From contig CBDDUX010000071.1 in NCBI GenBank assembly GCA_965234725.1, forward strand, positions 1 through 62,843: a stretch of DNA of 62,843 nucleotides, written 5' to 3'. Shown piece after piece: positions 28,444 to 37,773 of this stretch. The position numbers and the translations under genes were made by a program. The stretch is from Thermoplasmatota archaeon. Lineage in GTDB: Archaea; Thermoplasmatota; Penumbrarchaeia; Penumbrarchaeales; Penumbrarchaeaceae. The notes below the pieces were generated by a model. The model did no database searches, was not told the DNA's origin, and saw only the letters and a program-made list of their open reading frames with translations. Numbering within the stretch: position 1 is the stretch's first letter; every line of letters starts with the position of its first letter.

Positions 28444-29691
28444 ATGTCAGTTAATATGGCCCCCCAAACTGCAAAGATCAGGACATATCACTTCAGAATA
28501 GCCAGCCAGATCCTCTTCGCAGCCATTGCGGTCCTCGGGGTCTTTGGAGTGGGGATGACCGGGTTCATCTATCCATTCTTCTTCTGCCCTGCATCCCCCG
28601 GGGCATGTGCCGGTTGTCCGCTTTGGGTCATAGAACATGGTACTATAGAGATCGCCTCGGGATTCACCGAAGGTTACCTGATGATCCTCTACCTAATAGG
28701 TATGTTCGTTGCCATAGGTGCGGTACTTGGAAGGTCCTTTTGCGGATGGGCCTGCCCTGTCGGAACACTGCAGGACCTTTTCTCCTTCTTCTCAAGAAAG
28801 GTGAAGGACCGAAAGAAACTTGGGATCCTGGCAGGTACCTCTTTTATTGCCCTTGTTATCGGAGCGGTCGTACCAACCGCACTTGCAGATTCCGGGGTGG
28901 AACTCCAGTATTACATGTCCCTTGGATATCTTGGGGCACTCGGAGCCTTCATCCTATCACTTTGTGGTGTTCTATTCATAAAGATGTCAAAAGGGATCCT
29001 ACCTTCTGTATCTCTCATTGCGGTCGGTTCCCTTCTCTGGATCATGGTCTACCTCTCCGGTTCGTTAGGTCTCGAAGGGACACCAATGGCATCCATGGAG
29101 CTGATGGGATTGATGGGACTGATGTTCCAGATAATCGGTCTTATCGGAATAGTCCGATCTTCAATGGGAGATGCTGGTTTCGTTCGTAAGAGGAACTCAT
29201 CACTTGACAGGTATGGTCGTCTGGGGAAAGTGGGGATCCTGATCCTGATCGCTCCCACATCTTGGTTCTTCGACACACTGTTCTTCACGGATTTCGATCC
29301 GATAGGAGGTATCACGGCCACGGTACCTGAGCTCCTTCTCAATCCCGCGGATTGGGCTGGCAATCAATTCTTCTGGTTCAAAGCTGTCTTCGTTGTTGGG
29401 GTTATCGTATTCGTCTCCTTCGTTGATAGGGGATGGTGCAGATACCTTTGCCCCATCGGAGCCATGTACGGTCCGATGAACAAGATCTCTTTGACAGATC
29501 TTGAATTCAAAGAGGATAGATGCATTCATTGCCAGAAATGCATACGATCATGCCCCATGGGAATCAATCCGAAGGAGAGCAAGACCGATCCAGAATGTAT
29601 AAGATGTGGAAGATGTGAGGAGGTCTGTCCCGTAGGGGCCCAGGTATGGAAACCTGTGAATTCCAGTATCAGGGGGGTATTCACTAGATGA
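28444..29691 (+). CDS. Membrane 4Fe-4S binding protein (NapH/MauN-like polyferredoxin)
   Basis: FCGWACPVG, WCRYLCPIG, CIHCQKCIRSCP, CIRCGRCEEVCP; multiple TMs. Confidence 0.9.
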   Translation: MSVNMAPQTAKIRTYHFRIASQILFAAIAVLGVFGVGMTGFIYPFFFCPASPGACAGCPLWVIEHGTIEIASGFTEGYLMILYLIGMFVAIGAVLGRSFCGWACPVGTLQDLFSFFSRKVKDRKKLGILAGTSFIALVIGAVVPTALADSGVELQYYMSLGYLGALGAFILSLCGVLFIKMSKGILPSVSLIAVGSLLWIMVYLSGSLGLEGTPMASMELMGLMGLMFQIIGLIGIVRSSMGDAGFVRKRNSSLDRYGRLGKVGILILIAPTSWFFDTLFFTDFDPIGGITATVPELLLNPADWAGNQFFWFKAVFVVGVIVFVSFVDRGWCRYLCPIGAMYGPMNKISLTDLEFKEDRCIHCQKCIRSCPMGINPKESKTDPECIRCGRCEEVCPVGAQVWKPVNSSIRGVFTR

Positions 29692-30380
29692 AAGGGAAGG
29701 TCAAAGATCCGGTAGAACGATTTGGAGGAAGGCCCCTTCCAGGTTCCCTACTTGTTTTGCTTATACCGATCATGCTCCTTTTCGGTGGTTCGGCCTGGTT
29801 ATTTGCATCCGACAGTGGCGGTTTTCGAGAGATCGAGAAGCTTGCCAGTGTAAAATGTCTTGGATGTTTGGGACTGGACCCTGTTGTTCCTGGTTTTTCA
29901 GAATACTGGATCGAATTTCCGGATGATAATCTGAGGGCCGGTGAACCTGTTCCACATCCACAAACAGTGACCGGAATTCTGGACCGTGACGATGTTGACC
30001 TGTTGATCCTGTTCTTCTGGACCCAGGGCTGCGTTCCATGCGCTGAGCAATGGGAGGAGATGTCCAAAGAAGGGATCGCTTCAGGGCCTGAAAATGGTGG
30101 AATCGAAGGTGAAAAGTATGAGAGATTCAGGATGATCTCAAATAATGCTGCCGAAGAGACCGCACTTTACAGCACCTACCGGCCCAAAGGTACAGAAACT
30201 GGCGTTCCCATGACCACCTTCCTCTTCAAAGACCACAATGGAGATATTCTATGGTGGTCTCATTATGGAAAAATGGACATTGGTGACGTAAAAGAGAGGA
30301 TAGAGGAGATATTCGATCTGATTGAAAGAAGCAGATTGAAGGGAGAATATGATGATATCTCCTCTGCGGGCGACAAATAA
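29688..30380 (+). CDS. Membrane-anchored thioredoxin-like protein with a second N-terminal CxxC
   Basis: N-terminal TM, KCLGCLG, FFWTQGCVPC, cis-Pro motif GVPMT; 4-nt overlap with the upstream gene. Confidence 0.75.
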   Translation: MKGKVKDPVERFGGRPLPGSLLVLLIPIMLLFGGSAWLFASDSGGFREIEKLASVKCLGCLGLDPVVPGFSEYWIEFPDDNLRAGEPVPHPQTVTGILDRDDVDLLILFFWTQGCVPCAEQWEEMSKEGIASGPENGGIEGEKYERFRMISNNAAEETALYSTYRPKGTETGVPMTTFLFKDHNGDILWWSHYGKMDIGDVKERIEEIFDLIERSRLKGEYDDISSAGDK

Positions 30381-30449
30381 TGCCTTCTTGTTATATTGTG
30401 GATAAAATAAAGTTTAATACTAGCTCTTCATTGAAAAGAACGATACCCG

Positions 30450-31853
30450 ATGCGAATATTGATACTAGGAGGAGGCTCGGTCGGAGGTAAGCTCGCCAGG
30501 GACCTGGGAGATCCTTTTGTTCTTATAGAGTCAGATCCATCGAGAGTTTGGGAGCTCAAGAGGTTGTTAAAGGATTCCACCACTGAACACCGAATAGTCC
30601 ACGGTGATGGCAGCTCCTTGTCCACAATTCAGGAGGCAGGGTCCGGTTTTGATGCAGCTGTGGTCCTGATGAACAAGGACTTCGAAAACCTCGAAGCTGT
30701 CTCTGCATTGAAGGAGATGGGTGTGAACCGGGTAATTGCCAGAGTGAACAGAACCAACAACATGACAAAGTTCATAGATCTTGGCGCAGAGGTCTTTGTT
30801 CACCCGATAGGATATGAGGAAGGTCTTATCAGGACCATGCTCTACCCTGACACTAACCATGCGATACAGATCTTCGTCAGAGAGGGATCACCAGCCATCG
30901 GGAAGACCATCAAGCAGCTAAAACTCCCGGAAGGTACCGTTATTGGTTCCATCCTGAGGGGCGAGCAGATGATCGCTCCGGAACCATCTATGGAGATCCA
31001 ATATGGGGACCTGATCGCCGTTGATACAGTTGGTAAGAGGGCAAAGAAGGTCTGGAAGGTCTTTTCAAGGTCAGGAAGTGAGGATTCCACCGGTCACCTT
31101 CTATTCCCGCTTTCAAAGGACCAGGACCTTATCGCATTGAAGGAAGTGGAGATCCTTGCCAAAAGATTGGGGATGGGAATAATATTCATAATCCCTCCGG
31201 GAAAGGAAAACCTCCTTATCTCGGCCCAGGGATTCATTTCAAAGAGGATCCAGTTCGAGGTTATATCCACCGTAAGTGAGCATGATTGCATTCTGGAAGA
31301 TGAGACCAGACATGTAAGATGGAGAAGGATGGATAAAAAAAGCCTTCAGATTAATTCGATAGTATCCGAGCATATGAGTGATCCTTCGTTCCATATGGAT
31401 ATCCTTGTGGTATCCCCTCCGAAGGAGTTCCTGTTCTATGTTCCCTTCATTTCAAGGAATTTTGACAGATTGATCGAGAGGTCTCCAATGCCGATCCTGA
31501 TCCCAAGGAATCCCAGACCATACAGGAACATAGCTCTCTATCTTCACAAGCAATCAGCACCTGAGATCAATATTGCCATCCAACTGGCAAGGGCAACTGG
31601 CGCCAAGGTGACAGCTTTAACTTTGGCAAGGAACAGAAAAAGGGCCCAGTACCTCCAGAGGTATGCCCAGGTCTACAAGGTCGAGGTGGAGATCGAGAAG
31701 TTCATAGGTAATCCCACTGTGGAATTGATCAAAAGAGTGAAGGAGAACAACTACGATCTGATAATACTGAAGAACAAGTTAAGAGAACTACAGGTCTCCC
31801 AATTGAGGAGGCTGGTCCATATATGGACTGGATCAGTGCTCGTCGTCCCTTAG
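30450..31853 (+). CDS. TrkA/RCK (N and C) protein fused to USP-like domains
   Basis: ILGGGSVG, VHGDG, VREGSPAIGKTI RCK-C; LIERSPMPILI and WTGSVLVVP USP-like ends. Confidence 0.82.
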   Translation: MRILILGGGSVGGKLARDLGDPFVLIESDPSRVWELKRLLKDSTTEHRIVHGDGSSLSTIQEAGSGFDAAVVLMNKDFENLEAVSALKEMGVNRVIARVNRTNNMTKFIDLGAEVFVHPIGYEEGLIRTMLYPDTNHAIQIFVREGSPAIGKTIKQLKLPEGTVIGSILRGEQMIAPEPSMEIQYGDLIAVDTVGKRAKKVWKVFSRSGSEDSTGHLLFPLSKDQDLIALKEVEILAKRLGMGIIFIIPPGKENLLISAQGFISKRIQFEVISTVSEHDCILEDETRHVRWRRMDKKSLQINSIVSEHMSDPSFHMDILVVSPPKEFLFYVPFISRNFDRLIERSPMPILIPRNPRPYRNIALYLHKQSAPEINIAIQLARATGAKVTALTLARNRKRAQYLQRYAQVYKVEVEIEKFIGNPTVELIKRVKENNYDLIILKNKLRELQVSQLRRLVHIWTGSVLVVP

Positions 31854-33152
31854 GTGATGTGTTTGTTTCATTCATTGATATTCAGTGCCTATCAGGCGTT
31901 ACAAAACCCATTGGGACCTTTCGGTTCCACCCTCCTGAGGGAACCTGCGTTGAGGACCATCGATCCGTTCCTGGTCCTGGGACTTGTAGCGATACTTGGA
32001 TTCTTGGCACCATTCTTTGCCAGGAAACTTAAGCTTCCCATTGTAGTGGGAGAGATCCTATTCGGGGTCCTCGTAGGTACTGTTCTTCATGGAATGTCCA
32101 AGGCCGATCTGGTGCATCTTGACCTATCCTCTGACATATTGGAGCTACTTTCGACCTTAGGTTTCATCACTTTGATGTTCATGATAGGGATGGAGAACGA
32201 TTTCGAGGACCTTAGGTCCATCTCCAGAAGGGAGAAGCTCACTATCCTCCTTGTGATCATTGCCAATTTCCTGATCGCTGTTGTACCCTTCCTCGTGATC
32301 GGTCTTCCCCTTCTTGTGGGCCTGATAGTTGGAGGAGTATCCATTGCAGTTGTCATGCCTGTCCTGAGAGAGATGGGCATCAACAGGACCACATTTGGAT
32401 TCAAGATCCTTCTTCTGGCGCAGATAGCCGATATTGCAGCAATTTTCCTCCTTTCCTTTTCTGCAGCTTCTCTTGGAGGACTCAATGCTGTACTGATACT
32501 CCTGTTACTTCCTGTGATATTCCTGCTCATTTTCTGGATGGTGGATATGGTGATCTGGTACAGACCCCAGTTAATGTCCAGGATCACCAATCCCTCCGAC
32601 CAATCAGAACTTGGAGTAAGGGCCACCCTTGCTGCCATCCTGATATTCTACGTTATGGCACAGTTCATTGGCCTGGAAGCGATCCTTGGGGCTTTCCTTT
32701 GTGGAATGCTCTTCAGCGCTATATTCAAGGAAAAGGGTGCCATACTGGATAAGTTCCTGCCCCTGGGATATGGATTCCTCATCCCGATATTCTTCATCTA
32801 TCAAGGATTCTCCGTATCATTGTTCGATCTGCTGGATTGGAGGGCTATCGGCCTTCTCCTGCTGCTCCTTACGGTCCAGATCATATCCAAGGCAGTACCT
32901 CTTTTCGTGGCCAGATTCTTCAAGCATACCTGGTCGGATGTGGGAGGGTCCCTTCTTCTGGGTACCAACCTCTCTGTTGTTGTGGCAGGTGTGAAAATAG
33001 GGGAGGATACGGGGATCCTAGATGAGAACATATCAGCTATTTTGATACTCTACGGCGTAATGAGTTGTATTCTATTTCCCCTATTGTTCAAGAGGGTATT
33101 CAAGAGACGACTGGAAAGGTACATGTTACATGAGGTCGAGGACGATCAATGA
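31854..33152 (+). CDS. Cation:proton antiporter (CPA2)
   Basis: LPIVVGEILFG, LMFMIGME, QIADI, GLEAILGAF, GFLIPIFF. Confidence 0.9.
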   Translation: MMCLFHSLIFSAYQALQNPLGPFGSTLLREPALRTIDPFLVLGLVAILGFLAPFFARKLKLPIVVGEILFGVLVGTVLHGMSKADLVHLDLSSDILELLSTLGFITLMFMIGMENDFEDLRSISRREKLTILLVIIANFLIAVVPFLVIGLPLLVGLIVGGVSIAVVMPVLREMGINRTTFGFKILLLAQIADIAAIFLLSFSAASLGGLNAVLILLLLPVIFLLIFWMVDMVIWYRPQLMSRITNPSDQSELGVRATLAAILIFYVMAQFIGLEAILGAFLCGMLFSAIFKEKGAILDKFLPLGYGFLIPIFFIYQGFSVSLFDLLDWRAIGLLLLLLTVQIISKAVPLFVARFFKHTWSDVGGSLLLGTNLSVVVAGVKIGEDTGILDENISAILILYGVMSCILFPLLFKRVFKRRLERYMLHEVEDDQ

Positions 33153-35011
33153 GTCTTCCCCTCGATCACGGGAGATCTTATTCTCTCTATGACCAGATGT
33201 TTCAGGGCCTTATTGTTCTTTGATCTCTTCCAGGCCTCCTCGAATCCCGGTATCGAAGATAATTTCATCAGCCACATCAAAGAGTTCAGGTAAAAATTCT
33301 TCTCATCTTTTGAGAATATGATTATGAAGGCCGCATGAACCGGGGCTGTTTCTTCGGAAAACATAGCCCCCCTCCTGGTCCTTACAAGTGTGATATCGAA
33401 GATATCCTGTCCCTTGACCTGGTAGGATAGGATTACGAATCCCGGCATGGACATCATGTGGGCCGATCTATCCTCATTGGAAAGCTCCTTGAGCAGATTG
33501 TCTTCGTTAAGACCCAATCTTCGAGATAGAGTATAGGTAAGTTTCCTTGTCAGGTCGGCCGGAGGGATCAGATAGTTCATATCAAAAACCTCTGCTTCAG
33601 ATATCTTGTCCTCGAACCTCCCCGAGAGTATCCCGTCCCTCTTGATCAGAACCCCCCTGAGTTCCTCATCGAGCAAGCATTCGTTTGTACTCTCTCCCAT
33701 TACCCTTTCTGCCACTCTGAGAAAAGCATATTCCCTTCTGATCTTTCCATGTGCATAAAGATAGTACCATAATACTCCGATCGCAATAAATCCCAGAGCT
33801 ACAGCGATCTTCTCCCAACCAAGAAGGATAATGAGGACCAGGTACCCAAATATACCAATGATCTGGAGAGTCGGATAGAACGGAGCCCTGAACTTAGGTC
33901 TATAATGCTTGATATTCGACTCCCTCAAGAAGATCAGGGCCAGGTTTGCCAGGATGAACAGCAATAGTTTCAATGTTGAAGCATAACCTGCAAGATGTTT
34001 GACATCGGTGAAGAGGATCACGAATATCATGATCATCGTCGTGAGGACGATAGAGAACCATGGAGTTCCCCATTTCGTCATCTTTCCGAAGATGGCCGGA
34101 AGGAGCTGATCTTTCCCCATGGCCATTGGATCCCTGGAAGCGGCCATTATACCTGCGTTTCCGGTGGATACGAATGCCAGAATCCCTGCAAATGACATTA
34201 TAACTATACCTGCTGTTCCAAGCAGGATCCCTCCGCCTTCGGAGATTGAGGTCTCATTACCGTTCAGGATATCAGGTGGAACGATACCTACTGTTACAAT
34301 GATGGTCAAAATATAGAGGATCGAAACCACTGCCCAAGAGAGCATCATTCCGTATGGGATGTTCCTTCCTGGTTTGCGAACCTCCCCGGCAACTGCTGCG
34401 ACCTTTGTCGAACCTGCAAATGAGACGAATACCAGACCGGAGGTGCTGAGAATTGGAGAGATCCCTTTTGGAAGAAATGGAGTGAAGTTGCCCATTCCGC
34501 TGGAGGCAAGGTGTACCAATCCCGCAAGGACATACAGAACCATAAGACCGATGAGGGTGAATACCATCCAGACCTGGGCTTTTGCGCTGAAATGTGTTCC
34601 CAGTATGTTCAGGACCATGAAGAAAAGGCAGAACCCTACAGCTATCATCTTGATCTCAAGGATTCCCAAAGAGGGATAGAGCAGTATCCCGAATATTCCA
34701 AGACCATAGAGAGCGAAGGCGGATTTCAATGCAAGCGAGAACCAGGCGGAAAAACCTCCCAGGGTGCCCATCATGGGGCCCATGGCCCTGTCGGTGAATA
34801 CGAATATCCCGCCATCCTTTGGGATGGCCGTTGAAAGTTCAGCCTTTGCCAGGACAGTTGGGATAGCCAGAAGGCTGGCAATGATATAGGCAATTATCAC
34901 TCCCGGTCCTAATTCTCCAAAGGCTATGCCAGGTAAAATGAAAAGACCTGAACTGATCATTGCACCGGAAGAGATGCAGAATACCTCCCTCAGTCCCAGT
35001 TCTTTTTTCAT
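33146..35011 (-). CDS. APC-family amino acid permease with C-terminal PTS EIIA-like domain
   Basis: GAMISSGLFILPG, AELSTAIP..GG, AGEVRKPGRNIP; tail RTRRGAMF...PVHAAFII. Confidence 0.88.
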   Translation of the reverse strand: MKKELGLREVFCISSGAMISSGLFILPGIAFGELGPGVIIAYIIASLLAIPTVLAKAELSTAIPKDGGIFVFTDRAMGPMMGTLGGFSAWFSLALKSAFALYGLGIFGILLYPSLGILEIKMIAVGFCLFFMVLNILGTHFSAKAQVWMVFTLIGLMVLYVLAGLVHLASSGMGNFTPFLPKGISPILSTSGLVFVSFAGSTKVAAVAGEVRKPGRNIPYGMMLSWAVVSILYILTIIVTVGIVPPDILNGNETSISEGGGILLGTAGIVIMSFAGILAFVSTGNAGIMAASRDPMAMGKDQLLPAIFGKMTKWGTPWFSIVLTTMIMIFVILFTDVKHLAGYASTLKLLLFILANLALIFLRESNIKHYRPKFRAPFYPTLQIIGIFGYLVLIILLGWEKIAVALGFIAIGVLWYYLYAHGKIRREYAFLRVAERVMGESTNECLLDEELRGVLIKRDGILSGRFEDKISEAEVFDMNYLIPPADLTRKLTYTLSRRLGLNEDNLLKELSNEDRSAHMMSMPGFVILSYQVKGQDIFDITLVRTRRGAMFSEETAPVHAAFIIIFSKDEKNFYLNSLMWLMKLSSIPGFEEAWKRSKNNKALKHLVIERIRSPVIEGKTH

Positions 35012-35140
35012 ATCCCACCTCTCCGTTAAGGCAGAATCAATTTCCTTGATACCCTATCCCCAGGATCGAATAAAAAATGTTCCAGAATTATGAGAAATTA
35101 CAATGTATGTAGAGATCGGGTAGTTACAACTGAAATGAGA

Positions 35141-36592
35141 TCAGGATAAGGGACTAACAGGCGGCCTTGGAGGAACAATTCTTACCTGACCAGGTCCTTT
35201 GTTTGTATCATTTGACATGATCTGGCCACCGGTTCCATTACCCGATCTGGAAGTTGGATTCTCTGAGCCAAAGGGGGTATCTTCCACCCTTTTGAAAGAT
35301 GGATTGGAAGTTATTGGCCCATCTTCCTCCAATTTCTTGAAGGTTGGAACCGATGGTCCTGTGACCTTCCCCTGGGAAGTCTGGGGATCCGTTTCCTCCC
35401 TCTTACCCCTTTTCGATATAATCAATATGACAATGGAGAGAATGAAAGCCGTTATGGCCAAAATTGATCCGGCTACGGATAAATAGAAACCCAGTTCAAA
35501 TGAGAGACCTTCCTGTGCACCGGACAATCTCTCATTCAACAGGTCCACTGTAGCGTTCATCCCCAACATGTACCAAACAGGACCAGCTGTTGATAGGATT
35601 GCAGAAGGGAGAATGATCCCCCAAAATGACCTTCCTTTGATCAGTATAAGGGTGACAGCGACCATTCCCACAAGGATGGATATTAATATCAAGGGCATGG
35701 CCAAAGGGATGCCCAGAGCCTGGAAGATTTTCATCCTTGCAACAGGTCTGATGTTGATCGGATTTGCACTTCCCGAAAGGGGAGACCTCTCTCCCCGGTC
35801 CCAGTAATCGTTCATGGTCGCATCGATCTCAATTATGAAACCTGCTGCTGGCTCACCTTCTGGAAACTTGACATCAATTGAGGTATGATAATCATCCCCT
35901 TTGTCCTTGAAAGATACTGAAAGCTTCTTTTCTTCTACCGTGAGATCCGGCCCTTCATACTCACCTGTATCAAGGTCATACCCGCTTCTGGCCTTGATCA
36001 CTATTCGGGAAAGGGTTATTGAGAATCGTTCCTTCTCTTCGGCACCCACCTGGTCCTCTAGATCGGTGCCAAGGAATGTAACCCTCACATCAATAGGACG
36101 TGAACCCCCTTCCATCCAGTATGGGACAAGGTCCGCCTTCAATGATACATTGAGATAGGCGGATGGGCTGCCGGATCCGCCGTATGTGATATTGGGATCG
36201 GGAGGGGTTCGAAACAGGAGTTCGTAAATGTAGGACTTTTCCTTGTAAGAATCGTAAATAATTCCAAGGTTCTCTAGAACCTCCCCCCGTACCTGGGGAT
36301 ATGCCTTCCACTTCTCTTCCCTGGACACATTTGAACCGATCCCCCCTCCAATTCCTCCGATCATTCCCCCACCGGATGAGGATGAGGAGGTCCCAAGGGA
36401 ATATTCAAAACCCACAGCATCGAAATCGGCCTTCAACGTGTAATCAAGGGGACCGACAGAACTTGTCCTGTCGAATGTGGCCCAATCGAAACCCGGGATC
36501 TTGTCGGTATCTGGTAATAAGGATATTCCGGAAACCAAAATTGAAAGAAGTAGTATCAAAGCAGAAATGCGGAAAAAGATCTTTTGATTCAT
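35141..36592 (-). CDS. Hypothetical membrane protein with extracellular domain and Pro-rich tail
   Basis: N-terminal signal/TM, Ser/Gly linker, about 3 C-terminal TMs, low-complexity tail. Confidence 0.75.
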   Translation of the reverse strand: MNQKIFFRISALILLLSILVSGISLLPDTDKIPGFDWATFDRTSSVGPLDYTLKADFDAVGFEYSLGTSSSSSGGGMIGGIGGGIGSNVSREEKWKAYPQVRGEVLENLGIIYDSYKEKSYIYELLFRTPPDPNITYGGSGSPSAYLNVSLKADLVPYWMEGGSRPIDVRVTFLGTDLEDQVGAEEKERFSITLSRIVIKARSGYDLDTGEYEGPDLTVEEKKLSVSFKDKGDDYHTSIDVKFPEGEPAAGFIIEIDATMNDYWDRGERSPLSGSANPINIRPVARMKIFQALGIPLAMPLILISILVGMVAVTLILIKGRSFWGIILPSAILSTAGPVWYMLGMNATVDLLNERLSGAQEGLSFELGFYLSVAGSILAITAFILSIVILIISKRGKREETDPQTSQGKVTGPSVPTFKKLEEDGPITSNPSFKRVEDTPFGSENPTSRSGNGTGGQIMSNDTNKGPGQVRIVPPRPPVSPLS

Positions 36593-36655
36593 GGGGCCAC
36601 GCCCTGAGATGACCGCTTTACTATGAAAATGTTATCGCAGAAGAATGAAAGAAGT

Positions 36656-36683
36656 GCGGGCCCGTTCCCCCCGAAGAGCCCGC
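36656..36683 (-). terminator. GC-rich hairpin followed by a pyrimidine tract
   Basis: GCGGGCUC...GGGCCCGC stem then ACUUCUUUCAUUCUUC. Confidence 0.55.
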
Positions 36684-36732
36684 GGATGGTGGTTCATTGG
36701 CGTCCTCTATATCCCAGATCCTTGGTCCTATA

Positions 36733-36858
36733 TCAAAATTCGAAACCCGAATATGGATACCTCTTCCTGAAGGAAGGGTCCCCCTCATCAATCGGAGTCA
36801 ACCTTCTTTCAAGAAGGGAGATCTCTTCAATGATATCTGCCACATCGGGTTTTTTCAT
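36733..36858 (-). CDS. 41-aa microprotein (not in ORF track)
   Basis: MKKPDVADIIEEISLLERRLTPIDEGDPSFRKRYPYSGFEF; SD AAGGTG; TTTTTATAT upstream; terminator-like hairpin downstream. Confidence 0.65.
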   Translation of the reverse strand: MKKPDVADIIEEISLLERRLTPIDEGDPSFRKRYPYSGFEF

Positions 36859-36993
36859 CTCAAACACCTTCAGAAGCGGGTGGGAACCTCGCTCCTGTAA
36901 GCTTCCATCCTACCTGCAGATATAAAAAAGGGAACGGGGGCGTCCAAGGGACACCCCAAAAAGTTACAGATACAGGAAGGGATTAGAGGAGGC

Positions 36994-37773
36994 ATGATTG
37001 AGGGTTTCGTGATCGGGGACATGGTTTTGATGAGAGGCCCCAAAGGGGAGCAGCTCGTTTGCATTGATGGGAATATGTTCAAGCTTTCCTCACCTATGGG
37101 TGCGCTGAACACAGATAGATTGGTAGGAATGAAGCCTGGCGACATACTCAAGGTCGGGTCGGTCCATTTCAGACTTTACAGGCCGGATGTACTAGATTCG
37201 ATCATCAACCTCGAGAGGGGGCCTCAGATGATCATACCCAAAGATTCGTCCAGGATAGTCATGGAGATGGGGCTCTCCGATGGTTCAAAGGTTGTCGAGG
37301 GTGGTGCGGGATCAGGAGCACTCTCGATCGCCCTCCTCAACTCCGTTGCTCCCAATGGATGGGTTCATACATATGATGTCAGAAATGACCATCTTGAGAA
37401 GGCTGGTGGCAACATTGAGAGGGCTGGGCTTTCTTCAAATTGGACAGGGAAACTTGGAGACATAGGAGAAGATGTCCAGGAGAGGGACCTGGATGCTTTT
37501 GTGATCGATGTTCCTGAACCTGAGAAGGCTGTCTTTACAGCTTCTCGATCACTGCGTCCGGGAGGACGGTTCTGCTCATATGTTCCCACCACCAATCAGA
37601 TGGAACGGATCGTGATCTCACTTAGAGATGGAGGTTTCGAACAGGTCAAGGCACTGGAGATCATCGAACGAGGATACTCCGTCAAGGAGGGTGCGACAAG
37701 ACCGGTCACCGAGATCCTCTCACATACGGGGTTCCTGGTCTTTGCAAGGTGGCCAGGTTCACCTGATCCTTGA
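36994..37773 (+). CDS. trmI: tRNA (adenine-57/58-N1)-methyltransferase
   Basis: RGPQMIIPKD, EGGAGSGAL, DVPEP, YVPTTNQ, RP...HTGFLV. Confidence 0.93.
   Translation: MIEGFVIGDMVLMRGPKGEQLVCIDGNMFKLSSPMGALNTDRLVGMKPGDILKVGSVHFRLYRPDVLDSIINLERGPQMIIPKDSSRIVMEMGLSDGSKVVEGGAGSGALSIALLNSVAPNGWVHTYDVRNDHLEKAGGNIERAGLSSNWTGKLGDIGEDVQERDLDAFVIDVPEPEKAVFTASRSLRPGGRFCSYVPTTNQMERIVISLRDGGFEQVKALEIIERGYSVKEGATRPVTEILSHTGFLVFARWPGSPDP

Noticed and set aside
36694..36735. Selenocysteine readthrough of the microprotein TGA with the downstream hairpin as SECIS
   Set aside because: The hairpin lacks the 5' GAA / 3' A internal-loop layout of archaeal SECIS, and there is no redox-motif context
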